In this document: positions 27,284 through 36,894 of the stretch, piece after piece
Numbering within the stretch: position 1 is the first letter of the stretch
Layout of the letters: every line of letters starts with the position of its first letter
NCBI GenBank assembly: GCA_964631645.1
Contig: CAZVYU010000002.1
Span: forward strand, 1 to 57,281
Length of the DNA stretch: 57,281 nucleotides
Direction of reading: 5' to 3'
Origin: an uncultured Actinomycetes bacterium
Lineage (GTDB): Bacteria > Actinomycetota > Actinomycetes > S36-B12 > GCA-2699445
Program-made: the position numbers and the translations under genes
Notes under the pieces: model-generated
The model's input: the letters and a program-made list of their open reading frames with translations, nothing else
What the model was told of the DNA's origin: nothing
Database searches by the model: none

Positions 27284-27685
27284 TCAGCCCGGTGCCACGA
27301 CCGACCGTCCCCGCCAGGCGCGCCACGCACCCGTGCACCACAGCGCCCACGCGACCAGCACGGGTTGGAAGAGCAGCCGGATCCCCCGCGCCAGGTCGGT
27401 GTCGAGACCGAAGGCACTGGTCTGGGTGATGAACTGCGAGACGTTGCCGGGGAACACGACTACGAAGAAGGCGGCGACGATCCAGCCGATGTGAGGTCGC
27501 CACCGGGGGAGAGCGAGCAGTGCGACCGCCAGCGCCACTTCCACCACACCGGACACCGCGATCACGGCGCCCGGCCACGGCATCCACGGGGGTACCTGCG
27601 CCTGAAAGGACTGCGAGTTGGTGAAGTGACTCACCCCGGCGAAGGCCAGTCCGAGGGCCAACACCCAGCGAGCTGTCGCCCGCAT
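27284..27685 (-). CDS. DoxX-like integral membrane protein
   Basis: The product is about 133 aa from ATG 27685, with 4 hydrophobic helices (ALGLAFAGVSHF..., IAVSGVVEVALAVALL..., VAAFFVVVFPGNV...). The family assignment is tentative. Confidence 0.45.
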   Translation of the reverse strand: MRATARWVLALGLAFAGVSHFTNSQSFQAQVPPWMPWPGAVIAVSGVVEVALAVALLALPRWRPHIGWIVAAFFVVVFPGNVSQFITQTSAFGLDTDLARGIRLLFQPVLVAWALWCTGAWRAWRGRSVVAPG

Positions 27686-27904
27686 GATTCCCGCGCCGGC
27701 GCGGTCCGCTTCATCGATCACCCCTGGACGGTAGACCAGTTGAGTTCGGTCCGGATTCCGCGATCCTTCGGGCAGCCAGTACCGCGTCACCACGCGTCGC
27801 TGAGGGATACCGCCGACACCGCATGGTCCGGCTTCGCGTCCTCAGCGCTGCTACGTTCGCAGCAGCCGGTCGCGTCGGACTGACCGGTGATGAAAGGCGA
27901 AGTG

Positions 27905-28435
27905 ATGAGCGACGAGACACCTGACCCTGCGGCTGCCACTCCCGAACCCCTGTTCATCCTGCTGGCCGAGTACGACGATCCCGAGCGCGCCGGACACGAC
28001 TTCGAGACGATCAAGGCCAAGCACGACCTGAATCACTTCAAGGAGTTCAACTGTGCGTTGATCGAGCACCGCGGCAAGGACCACCAGGGCAAACCGCGCG
28101 TTATCCGCTACGAGGAGTCGACCACCCGGGGCATGGCCATCGGGGCCGCCGCAGGCCTGGCGGTGGGCCTGGTCTTTCCCCCGGCGGTCGTGGGCACCGT
28201 GCTCATCGGGACCGGCGCGGGTGGCTTGATCGCCCACGGGCGCCACGGTTCCGACGAGGACGTTCTCAAGGCCTTGGCCGAGACGTTGCCCGACGACAAG
28301 GCCTACGTTGTCGTCTCCACGACGGACGCCGAGCACGAGGAGACCATCCGAGGGTTCCTGGCCGATGCGGTGACGATCCACAAAGGCAGCGAAGGGGACG
28401 ATGCGGCCGCGCTTCGTGCCGACCCCACCGACTGA
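27905..28435 (+). CDS. DUF1269-like protein with central glycine-zipper membrane segment
   Basis: Soluble N- and C-terminal domains flank the segment GMAIGAAAGLAVGLVFPPAVVGTVLIGTGAGGLIAHG. The start is ATG 27905, after AAAGG. The track start 27887 is also possible. Confidence 0.45.
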   Translation: MSDETPDPAAATPEPLFILLAEYDDPERAGHDFETIKAKHDLNHFKEFNCALIEHRGKDHQGKPRVIRYEESTTRGMAIGAAAGLAVGLVFPPAVVGTVLIGTGAGGLIAHGRHGSDEDVLKALAETLPDDKAYVVVSTTDAEHEETIRGFLADAVTIHKGSEGDDAAALRADPTD

Positions 28436-28477
28436 CGCGAAGCCGGAAATTGACCCCAAGGGGAACGGTCCCTCGCG

Positions 28478-29971
28478 TCAATCGTCGAAAGCCGCGTTCT
28501 CGCCGGGCTCGGTGTCCAGCACCCGACGGTTGAAGATCATCAAGTAGCCGAAGTACGCCATGCCGAGAAGGATGAGGCCGACCACGATCAGGTTGGGGAC
28601 GACGGCGTCGGCAGGGGTCACCAGCACGAAGAGCACGAACAATAGCCAGACCAGTGCGGCGATGGCGATGGGCAACTCAAGGCGTCCCAGGTTGAAACCA
28701 CCTTCCTTGCGTTCCAACCTCCTGCGCACCGACAGGTAGAGCACCGTGATCCCGCCGTAGATCAGCGCCGGGAGGATCGTCGACCCGATGATCAGTTGCA
28801 GCAGCGCGGAGCCCGGCAGCGCCACCATCAGGACGATGCCCACCGTCAGGATGAGCAGTGTGGCGGGAACCGGGGTCCTGGTCTTCGGGTTGACCCGCTT
28901 CATGATCCCGTGCGCCGGGAAGCGTGCGTCGCGAGCCATCGCGAACACCTGACGGGAGCAGGCCGCCATCACCACCATCCCGGCACCGAACATCGCGAAG
29001 GCGATGCATGCCAACAGGAGACGTTCCGCCACAGGCCCGAGTTGACCGCTGATGATCGACGCAACAGGCGAAGAACTGGCGCTGATCGCCGGGATGTCCT
29101 TGATCGCGGCGGTGAGAGTGACGAGGAAGATCAGGCCAAGAAGCCCAGCGGCGACAACAGACGCCACGATCGCCCGGGGGACGCTACGGAACGGATCCTT
29201 GGCCTCTTCGGCAAGGTTCGCGGCGGAGTCGAAACCGACGAGGGTCGTGAGACCCATGATCATGCCCGCCATCAGGCCTCCTCCGATGGCGAAGTAGTTG
29301 GGGTCATCTGCGGTGATTCCGCGTGAGGTGAGGTTGCCGAGGTCGCTCCCGTTAAATGCCATGGCCACGATCAGAGCGAGTACCAAGACCACCACGATGC
29401 CCAGTTCGATCCCCACCGCACCCGATGTGATGAGTCCGAGCAGGCGAGTGGAGGCGATCACAAGGATGGCCTGGACAAGCAGGATGACCACGGTCAGGAG
29501 ACGAGCGGTTGCTTCGCTCCCGTCCATCCCGAGCAGCGGCATCAACGCCTGGCTGGCCAGCGCATTGTCGAGTGCGACAACAGCGATCGCCAGGTACCAG
29601 AAGGTCAGCCAGCCGAAGAGCCAACCGATCTTGGGGTTGGCCAGCCGTGATGCCCACTGGTAACTGGACCCGCTCAGCGCGATACGGGCGGCGAACTGTG
29701 CGACGACCAGGGCCACCAGGGTTTGTCCCACGGCGGCGACCACCCAAAGCCAGATCCCCACCGGACCTGAACTGACCAGGACCTCGTCGTAGGTGGCGAA
29801 GATGCCCACAGCAACCGAGATGAACGCGAACGAGATGGCGAAGACCTGGAACGAACCCAGTGTCCGTGTCAGTTCCGGCGTGTAGCCGAAGTCAGCGGTC
29901 TCGCCTGCCACGCTGCCGACATCCACGACGTCTTCTTCTTTCAACCCGGGCACCCCAATCTGGGTTCTCAC
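28478..29971 (-). CDS. APC-superfamily amino acid/polyamine permease
   Basis: The product is 497 aa with about 12 TM helices and an APC-like pattern (FQVFAISFAFISVAVGIF..., GFDSAANLAEEAKDP). Confidence 0.8.
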   Translation of the reverse strand: MRTQIGVPGLKEEDVVDVGSVAGETADFGYTPELTRTLGSFQVFAISFAFISVAVGIFATYDEVLVSSGPVGIWLWVVAAVGQTLVALVVAQFAARIALSGSSYQWASRLANPKIGWLFGWLTFWYLAIAVVALDNALASQALMPLLGMDGSEATARLLTVVILLVQAILVIASTRLLGLITSGAVGIELGIVVVLVLALIVAMAFNGSDLGNLTSRGITADDPNYFAIGGGLMAGMIMGLTTLVGFDSAANLAEEAKDPFRSVPRAIVASVVAAGLLGLIFLVTLTAAIKDIPAISASSSPVASIISGQLGPVAERLLLACIAFAMFGAGMVVMAACSRQVFAMARDARFPAHGIMKRVNPKTRTPVPATLLILTVGIVLMVALPGSALLQLIIGSTILPALIYGGITVLYLSVRRRLERKEGGFNLGRLELPIAIAALVWLLFVLFVLVTPADAVVPNLIVVGLILLGMAYFGYLMIFNRRVLDTEPGENAAFDD

Positions 29972-30170
29972 CGAGCCGAGGCAGCGTCAGGCGATCGCCC
30001 TAACCTAGCGGAGGTGCTGGTTCGCAACCCCCTGTCCCTGGAACTCACGGTGAAGCGGAAGGGGGCACCGCGGTACTACTGGGCGGCCGGCGAGGCTGTG
30101 GACGTGGCCGTGTCTCGGATTCACCGGCGGGCTTCCGCCGCAACCGGTGACCTGCCGCGCAGACAGTCGG

Positions 30171-30256
30171 TGTCCGAGGGGGGATTTGAACCCCCACCCT
30201 CTTATACGAGGACTAGCACCTCAAGCTAGCGCGTCTGCCTATTCCGCCACCCGGAC
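30171..30256 (-). tRNA. tRNA-Leu (anticodon GAG), type II with long variable arm
   Basis: The reverse complement folds by hand. The acceptor pairs GTCCGGG with CTCGGAC. The anticodon stem CTAGC/GCTAG carries the loop TTGAGGT. The variable arm is TCCTCGTATAAGAGGG. The T arm is GGGGG-TTCAAAT-CCCCC and the discriminator is A. CCA is not encoded. Confidence 0.9.
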
Positions 30257-30382
30257 GTGACGCCGATCAGGATAGCAAGTTCTGGGCGTTCGCCGTCCGC
30301 GCGGCGTCGGGCTCTCCGGCTGCGGTCTCGATCACGGGAGTCGGCGCGGATGGTCGGTCATCGTTCCCCCAGACAGGGCAGG

Positions 30383-31711
30383 ATGGCGCTCATGGAGCCA
30401 GCCCCCAGCGACCCTCAGGACGAGGCCGTCACGATCCTGCGGCAACTCATCCGGATCGACACCACCAACACCGGCGACCCCGACACGACGGTGGGGGAGG
30501 CCGAGGCGGCCGAGTATGTCGAGAGCCTCCTGACCGAGGTCGGTTACAGTCCCGAACGCTTCACGACCACGGGCGGATCGCGACAGGGCGTCCACTTGCG
30601 GATCCCGGGTCGCGATCCCGACCGGGGGGCTCTGCTGCTCCACGGACACCTCGATGTCGTGCCTGCAGTGGCCGAAGAGTGGTCGGTGCCCCCCTTCGAG
30701 GCGGCCGAGATCGACGGGATGATCTGGGGTCGCGGAGCCGTGGACATGAAGGACATGGACGCGATGATCATCGCCCTGATCCGCGACTGGGCCCGCACCG
30801 GATTCGTGCCACCGCGCGACATCGTGGTGATCTTCACCCCCGACGAAGAGGCCGGCTGCTGGCAGGGCTCGCACTGGATCGTCGACAACCGGCCCGAACT
30901 GCTCGAAGGAGTCAGCGAGGCCGTCGGCGAGGTGGGTGGCTTCTCGCTCACCGTCCGCAACGATCTGCGGCTGTACCTGCTCCAGACCGCGGAGAAGGGC
31001 ATCGCGTGGATGAAGCTGACGGCCACAGGCGCAGGTGGCCACGGCTCGATGATCCACGACGACAACGCCGTCACGGCCGTCGCCGCCGCTACCGCCCGCC
31101 TGGGCAGCCACGACTTCCCGGTGACCATGACGCCGACAATGACCGCCTGCCTCACAGCCATCAGCGAACCGCTCGGTATCCCGTTCGACCCCGACCACCC
31201 CGACGAGTTCCTGGCGGCACTGGGCCCCATGGCCCACATCCTCGGCGCCACGCTGGCGCACACCGTCAATCCGACCATGCTGTCAGCCGGATACAAGGCC
31301 AACGTCGTTCCCAGTGAGGCCGAGGCGGTCGTGGACGGCCGGTTCCTGCCCGGCCGGGAAGGGGAGTTCCTGGCAGTCGTCGACGAATTGCTGGGCGGCT
31401 CGGTCACCCGCGACTTCGTGAACTTCGATCACGGCGTGGAGACCACCTACGACGGGCCCACCATCGCTGCCATGTCTGACGCGATCGCGGCGGAGGACCC
31501 CGGTGGTCGCACCATCCCTTACATGATGAGCGGCGGGACCGATGCCAAGGCGTGGAGCACCCTTGGCATCCGTTGTTACGGCTTCGTCCCGCTGCGCCTA
31601 CCACCTGGTTTGGACTTCCCTGCCATGTTCCACGGCGTCGACGAACGGGTACCGATCGAGTCGGTGCAGTTTGGCGTCCGCACACTCCAGCGATTCATCG
31701 ACAACTGTTGA
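30383..31711 (+). CDS. M20/M25/M40 family metallohydrolase (dipeptidase-like)
   Basis: Strings present are LRQLIRIDTTNTG, LLLHGHLDVVPA, GRGAVDMKDM and FTPDEEAG. The start is ATG 30383 or 30392. The track ORF start 30257 abuts the tRNA and is unlikely. Confidence 0.82.
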   Translation: MALMEPAPSDPQDEAVTILRQLIRIDTTNTGDPDTTVGEAEAAEYVESLLTEVGYSPERFTTTGGSRQGVHLRIPGRDPDRGALLLHGHLDVVPAVAEEWSVPPFEAAEIDGMIWGRGAVDMKDMDAMIIALIRDWARTGFVPPRDIVVIFTPDEEAGCWQGSHWIVDNRPELLEGVSEAVGEVGGFSLTVRNDLRLYLLQTAEKGIAWMKLTATGAGGHGSMIHDDNAVTAVAAATARLGSHDFPVTMTPTMTACLTAISEPLGIPFDPDHPDEFLAALGPMAHILGATLAHTVNPTMLSAGYKANVVPSEAEAVVDGRFLPGREGEFLAVVDELLGGSVTRDFVNFDHGVETTYDGPTIAAMSDAIAAEDPGGRTIPYMMSGGTDAKAWSTLGIRCYGFVPLRLPPGLDFPAMFHGVDERVPIESVQFGVRTLQRFIDNC

Positions 31712-31783
31712 TCGGCCCGAACGGCTTCCGGATCGGGGCCACCTTCACTAGCGTCTGAAACAATTCGATCCAAGGAGTGACCC

Positions 31784-32242
31784 ATGTCTTCCGCAGCACC
31801 TGTGTCCCGCCCCGGGGGCGTCACCCTCGTGGTGATCTTCATGTGGATCGCCGGCATCCTCGAGATCCTGGCCGGCCTCGTGTACGTGTGGCTGTCGTTC
31901 AACCCGGCCCAGATCCCCGACACGCTGTCGACCCAGGCCACCCTGGAGGCGGTCACCGCGACCGACGATCTGAAGTCGTTCCTGCTGTGGGGCGGCATCG
32001 TCGGCATCGTGCTCGGGCTGATCACCATCCTGCTGGCCAACGGACTCAAGAACGGCAGCAACGGGGTCCGGATCTTCGTGACGATCCTGATCGTCCTGCA
32101 GATCCTGAGTGACGCCTGGGAAATCACCCAACTGCGTGGCAACGCGGTCTACGGCAACCTGCTGGCCATCCTGCTGTGGTTGATCGCCCTCGGCCTGCTG
32201 TGGTCGTCGCGTTCCAGTGCCTTCTTCAAACAGTCGCGCTGA
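31784..32242 (+). CDS. Hypothetical integral membrane protein (4 TM)
   Basis: The product is 152 aa with four long hydrophobic segments and no recognisable motif. Confidence 0.5.
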   Translation: MSSAAPVSRPGGVTLVVIFMWIAGILEILAGLVYVWLSFNPAQIPDTLSTQATLEAVTATDDLKSFLLWGGIVGIVLGLITILLANGLKNGSNGVRIFVTILIVLQILSDAWEITQLRGNAVYGNLLAILLWLIALGLLWSSRSSAFFKQSR

Positions 32243-32266
32243 CACGCCGATCCAGCACGACACCCC

Positions 32267-33253
32267 TCAGCGGGTCAGTTGGTTCCAGCCGTGCTCGGGG
32301 TAGCCGAGGTCGGGTGCGGAGATGTCGTCCAGTGCCGTCGTGATCTCGGCGGGCAACTCCAATTCCTCGGACTCCAGGATCCCGCGGAGTTGACCCACGG
32401 TGCGCGCGCCGACGATCGGTGCCGTCACCCCGGGGCGATCGCGCACCCAGGCGAGCGCCACTTCGAGTGGCGCCACATCCAGGCCTTCAGCGGCGGTATG
32501 CACCGCGTCGACGATGCGCCGTGACCGGTCGTCCAAGTACTCGGCCACGAATGACCCGAAGTGCGGAGAAGCTGCTCGGGACTCGCTGGGGGTCCCGTAC
32601 CGATACTTGCCGGTCAGGACACCGCGTCCCAGCGGGGACCAGGGCGTGATGCCGACGCCCAGGGCGGCCGCGGCAGGGACGACCTCGCGCTCGATTCCCC
32701 GCTGGACCAGCGAGTACTCCATCTGCGCCGCAGCGATGGGGGAGCGGCCCGGAACCGCCTGTTGCCAGGTCGCCGCCCGGGCCAACTGCCAGCCCGCGTA
32801 GTTGGACACGGCCACGTAACGGACCCGACCCGAGCGAACCGCGTCGTCGGCCGCGGCCAAGGTCTCTTCCAGCGGCGTCCACGGATCCCACGCGTGCAGA
32901 TACCAGATGTCGACGTAGTCGGTGCCCAGGCGGCTCAACGAGCCGTCCAACGACGCCAGCAGATGGGCTCTGGACGCATCGAAACGTCGCTTGGTCCGGG
33001 GCCGGCTGACGGCCTTGGTGGCCACGACGACCTTGTCGCGCGAGTTGGTCTCGGCCAGGAGCATGCCGATCAGTTCCTCGCTGGATCCGTCGGCATAGAC
33101 GTCCGCCGTGTCGATCAGGGTGCCGCCGGCATCCAGGAAGGTCTTCCACTGGTCGCGGGCCTCGTGCTCGTCGGTGTCGCGGCCCCACGTCATGGTCCCC
33201 AGACCCAGACGCGACACCCACAGTCCCGTGGCTCCCAAGGGTCGCTGCTGCAT
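32267..33253 (-). CDS. Aldo/keto reductase
   Basis: Strings present are LGATGLWVSRLGLGTMTWG, IDTADVYADGSSEELIG and the YLHAWD region, consistent with an AKR fold. Confidence 0.88.
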   Translation of the reverse strand: MQQRPLGATGLWVSRLGLGTMTWGRDTDEHEARDQWKTFLDAGGTLIDTADVYADGSSEELIGMLLAETNSRDKVVVATKAVSRPRTKRRFDASRAHLLASLDGSLSRLGTDYVDIWYLHAWDPWTPLEETLAAADDAVRSGRVRYVAVSNYAGWQLARAATWQQAVPGRSPIAAAQMEYSLVQRGIEREVVPAAAALGVGITPWSPLGRGVLTGKYRYGTPSESRAASPHFGSFVAEYLDDRSRRIVDAVHTAAEGLDVAPLEVALAWVRDRPGVTAPIVGARTVGQLRGILESEELELPAEITTALDDISAPDLGYPEHGWNQLTR

Positions 33254-33372
33254 GGTCAGACCGTAACCCGAGGCTCACACGCGCCCATGGGCGCCGCGCC
33301 GGACCGCCGGCCGGGAGTACGCTCACGACCGGCGCCTGTCTCGGCGTCATGCACGTCGACGCGAGGAGAGTC

Positions 33373-34422
33373 ATGCGACTGGGGCTGAACCTGGGGTACT
33401 GGGGGATGGGCAATGACGCCGACAACCTGGAACTGGCCCGTGAGGCCGACAGGCTGGGGTACAGCGTCGTCTGGGTCGCGGAGGCCTACGGGTCCGACGC
33501 GGCCACGGTGCTCAGTTGGATCGCCGCTCAGACCGAGACGATCGACATCGGTTCCGCCGTGTTCCAGATCCCCGGTCGCACCCCGGCCAACACCGCCATG
33601 ACGGCTGCCACCCTGGACACGCTGTCCGGCGGCAGGTTCCGCCTGGGGCTCGGGGTGTCCGGCCCCCAGGTCTCGGAGGGCTGGCACGGCGTCCGCTTCG
33701 CCAAGCCCCTGACCCGCACCCGCGAGTACACCGACATCGTGCGCAAGGCACTGGCGCGCGAGAAGGTCTCCTACGACGGCGAGTTCTTCACACTGCCGCT
33801 GCCCGACGGACCCGGGAAGGCACTCACGCTCACCGTCCATCCGGTGCGCGACCACATCCCGCTGTACCTGGCGGCCATCGGCCCCAAGAACCTCGAACTG
33901 GCGGGAGAGATGTTCGATGGCTGGCTGGCCATCTTCTACGCCCCCGAGTTCGCGTCCGAACTGACCGCGTCCATCGCCGCCGGCCGGGAGCGCGCCGGCA
34001 AGACGATGGCCGGGTTCGATGTCGTCCCTACCGTCCCCGTGGTGCTCGGCGACGACATCGAGGCCTGCGCCGAGCCGCTGCGGGCGTACGCGTCGCTGTA
34101 CATCGGCGGCATGGGCAGCCGCGAACAGAACTTCTACAACCGGCTCGCCACCCGCATGGGATACGGCGAGGCAGCCGCCACCATCCAGGATCTGTACCTG
34201 GCACGCGACTACGCCGGTGCCGGTGCGGCCGTGCCGCTCGACTTCATCGACCGGACCTCACTCATCGGGCCGCCGGCCCGGGTACAGGACCGGTTGCAGG
34301 CGTACGCGGACTCCGGGGTCACGACGCTGACCATCGCCAGCTATGCCGGAACCCTCGAGGAGCGCATCGCGACGGTCCGGGCGATGGCTGAGATCGCCGA
34401 CGCCGCCGGGGTCGTGTCGTGA
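33373..34422 (+). CDS. LLM-class (luciferase-like) F420-dependent oxidoreductase
   Basis: The sequence [10 protein letters not shown]... [44 protein letters not shown] ... [20 protein letters not shown] is typical of the actinobacterial LLM F420 family. The start is ATG 33373. Confidence 0.8.
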   Translation: MRLGLNLGYWGMGNDADNLELAREADRLGYSVVWVAEAYGSDAATVLSWIAAQTETIDIGSAVFQIPGRTPANTAMTAATLDTLSGGRFRLGLGVSGPQVSEGWHGVRFAKPLTRTREYTDIVRKALAREKVSYDGEFFTLPLPDGPGKALTLTVHPVRDHIPLYLAAIGPKNLELAGEMFDGWLAIFYAPEFASELTASIAAGRERAGKTMAGFDVVPTVPVVLGDDIEACAEPLRAYASLYIGGMGSREQNFYNRLATRMGYGEAAATIQDLYLARDYAGAGAAVPLDFIDRTSLIGPPARVQDRLQAYADSGVTTLTIASYAGTLEERIATVRAMAEIADAAGVVS

Positions 34423-35243
34423 TCAGTTGGTTCGAGGCCGTTGTCCTGGGGGTCGTGCAGGGCCTGACCGAGTTCCTGCCCATCTCGTCGAGCGCTCATG
34501 TGTTGATCATCAGTCAGTTGTTCGGCTGGCAGGATCCGGGCGCCGCGTTCACGGCCGTCACCCAGATCGGTACCGAGATGGCCGTGATCATCTACTTCCG
34601 GCACGACATCGCACGCATCGTCTCCACCTGGGTGCGGTCGCTGTACACCCCGGCGCTGCGGGGCAACATCGACGCCCGCATGGGCTGGTACGTGATCATC
34701 GGCACGCTGCCGATCGCCATCTTGGGGCTGGTGTTCAAGGACCAGATCGAGACTGTGGCACGCAACCTGTGGCTGGTGTCGTTCACCCTCATCTTCTTCG
34801 GCGTCATCCTTGGCGTCGCTGACCGGATCGGAGCCAAGACCAAGACGGTGGACGATCTGACGATGCGCGATGGCCTGCTCTACGGCTTGGGTCAGGCGTG
34901 TGCGCTGATCCCCGGCGTCAGTCGTTCGGGCGCCACCATCTCCGTCGGTCTCTTCCTCGGCTACACCCGCGAGGCAGCGACCCGGTACGCGTTCCTCTTG
35001 GCCATCCCGGCGGTGATGGCATCCGGTCTGTTCGAGGCTCTGGACATCGGCAAAGGTCCCGCGCCGGAATGGGGCCCCACCATCCTGGCGACGGTCATCG
35101 CCTTCGTGATCGGTTACCTGGTCATCGCATGGCTGCTGCGCTACCTCACGACGAACTCCTACATGCCGTTCGTGATCTACCGCATCGTGCTGGGACTTGT
35201 GGTGGCCGGCTTGCTGGCCGGGGGCGTGCTGACGACCGGCTGA
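34419..35243 (+). CDS. uppP: Undecaprenyl-diphosphate phosphatase
   Basis: BacA motifs are present ([28 protein letters not shown]). GTG 34419 overlaps the upstream stop (GTGA). Confidence 0.92.
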   Translation: MISWFEAVVLGVVQGLTEFLPISSSAHVLIISQLFGWQDPGAAFTAVTQIGTEMAVIIYFRHDIARIVSTWVRSLYTPALRGNIDARMGWYVIIGTLPIAILGLVFKDQIETVARNLWLVSFTLIFFGVILGVADRIGAKTKTVDDLTMRDGLLYGLGQACALIPGVSRSGATISVGLFLGYTREAATRYAFLLAIPAVMASGLFEALDIGKGPAPEWGPTILATVIAFVIGYLVIAWLLRYLTTNSYMPFVIYRIVLGLVVAGLLAGGVLTTG

Positions 35244-35268
35244 GCTGCTTGATCCCGTCCCACGACAG

Positions 35269-35838
35269 TCAGTTGCGCCGGACCATCACGTCGCCGCCGC
35301 GGGCGTTGGCGATCAGCATGCCGTTGCCGCGCGACCCGTTGACGTTGATGTAGATCCGCGGCTGATCGTCGATCTTGTCGACGGACACGACGGTCACCTC
35401 TTCGTCCTCAAGATCCAATGAGTCCACCGCCTTCCGTTCCAGCCGGGGAATGACCGACCAGTCCACCGCACCTAGGCCGAATGTCGTCTCATCGAGTTCG
35501 TCGATGTCGCTCTGGCTGACCATGACCGGTTCCACGTCCCACTTGTCGTAGAAGTATGTGTACCGGTCCAGGTTCTGTCGCTTCTGCGGGTCGCGGACTT
35601 CCGCGATGAATCCGTTCTCCAACAACGAGACGCGCCGCACGGTGACCGCTTCACCCAGTTCGCGCCGCAGGAGGACGGGAACCTGTTGCGGGTCCTCCAA
35701 CGCGTTGAAGGTGGCCCGGGTCTCTGTGCCCGGGATGTCCGGCAGGCCGGGCACCGATCCGGAACAGGCAGGCAACGCCACAGCAGACAAGATCCCGATC
35801 AGCCCTGGCGCCAGCGTTCTTCCCAGTGCGGTTCTCAT
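35269..35838 (-). CDS. Hypothetical lipoprotein
   Basis: The signal peptide with lipobox is MRTALGRTLAPGLIGILSAVALPAC|SG. ATG 35838 overlaps the corA stop (ATGA), and ATG 35844 is also possible. The mature domain is not recognised. Confidence 0.6.
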   Translation of the reverse strand: MRTALGRTLAPGLIGILSAVALPACSGSVPGLPDIPGTETRATFNALEDPQQVPVLLRRELGEAVTVRRVSLLENGFIAEVRDPQKRQNLDRYTYFYDKWDVEPVMVSQSDIDELDETTFGLGAVDWSVIPRLERKAVDSLDLEDEEVTVVSVDKIDDQPRIYINVNGSRGNGMLIANARGGDVMVRRN

Positions 35839-36860
35839 AGCCATCCGCTCTTCTTGAACTGGCGATAGAGGAAGAAGCAGATGGTGAGCATGATCAACAG
35901 GACGGTGGGGTACCCGAACGTCCAGTGCAGTTCTGGCATGTCGTCGAAGTTCATGCCGTAGATCCCCGCGATCGCCGTGGGCACCGCGATGATCGCCGCC
36001 CACGCCGAAATCTTGCGCATGTCCTGGTTCTGCCGCAGATCCTGCTGTGAGGTGGCCGCCATGAGCATGGTCATGAGCAACTGGTCGTGGCTGTCCACCA
36101 GATCACTGGCTCGCAGCAGATGGTCGCCGACGTCGCGGAAGTACGGGGCCAGCGGTGCCGGGATCTCGGGATGCCGCTCCCGGACGAGCACCCGGGCCTC
36201 CCCGATCAGCGGCGAGATCGCCCGCTTGACCTCCAGGTTCTCGCGCTTCAGGTTGTAGATCATCCCCGCACTGTCACTGGCTTTCATGCTGAAGACGGAA
36301 TCCTCCAGCCCTTCCAGGTCGTTCGCCAGGTGTTCCACGATGTCCAGGTAGCCGTCGACGAGGACGTCGCCGATGGCGTACAGCACACTCAGCGGTCCGG
36401 ACTTGGTCAGGTGCGAGTTCTCCGCCAGTCGTTGCCGCGCGCTGCCCGGGGCGGCATCACCGGTGCGCACCGAGATCGCGTAGCCGGGTCCGAGGAAAAC
36501 GGCCACCTGACCGGTCTCCACGGCGGAGGCGTCGTCGTCGTACCGGAGCTCTTTCAGCACCACGAAGGCGCGGTCCTCGTGGGCCTCCAGCTTCGCTCGC
36601 TGCCGGCCGTTCATCGCGTCCTCCACCTGCAACTTGGGCAGAGAGAAGAGGCGCTGCACGAGATCGATCTCCCGGTGTGACGGATTGGCGAGCTTGAGCC
36701 AGACGAATGAACCTGGGTCATCGGCTGCCTCCGCCATGGTTGCCGTCACGACCATGCGAAGGCCTTCTTCGACCTCCCACGGTGGGGTGTCCATGTGGAT
36801 GAGCGCCGGGTCCACCGGGACTTCGACTCCGTCGTGGTAACGGAACACGGATGTGATCAC
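35835..36860 (-). CDS. corA: Magnesium/cobalt transporter CorA
   Basis: The C-terminal signature is YGMNFDDMPE, followed by two TM helices and the tail RQFKKSGWL. GTG 36860 gives about 341 aa. The track ORF extension to 37196 overlaps the divergent gene. Confidence 0.88.
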   Translation of the reverse strand: MITSVFRYHDGVEVPVDPALIHMDTPPWEVEEGLRMVVTATMAEAADDPGSFVWLKLANPSHREIDLVQRLFSLPKLQVEDAMNGRQRAKLEAHEDRAFVVLKELRYDDDASAVETGQVAVFLGPGYAISVRTGDAAPGSARQRLAENSHLTKSGPLSVLYAIGDVLVDGYLDIVEHLANDLEGLEDSVFSMKASDSAGMIYNLKRENLEVKRAISPLIGEARVLVRERHPEIPAPLAPYFRDVGDHLLRASDLVDSHDQLLMTMLMAATSQQDLRQNQDMRKISAWAAIIAVPTAIAGIYGMNFDDMPELHWTFGYPTVLLIMLTICFFLYRQFKKSGWL

Positions 36861-36894
36861 CCCGTCATTGTGACGATCCGCATACCCTGACGGG

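Noticed and set aside
29972-30170. The roughly 200-nt leader upstream of the APC permease was considered as a candidate amino-acid riboswitch.
   Set aside because: I could not recognise any known riboswitch core (glycine, lysine, SAM, TPP and so on) by eye. One hairpin, CGGCGG-GCTT-CCGCCG at about 30124-30140, is better explained as the tRNA-Leu terminator. A covariance-model scan (Rfam/cmscan) would be needed to settle it.
36861-36894. An Mg2+ M-box riboswitch upstream of corA was considered.
   Set aside because: Only 34 nt separate corA from the divergent gene, so no room exists for an M-box of about 160 nt.
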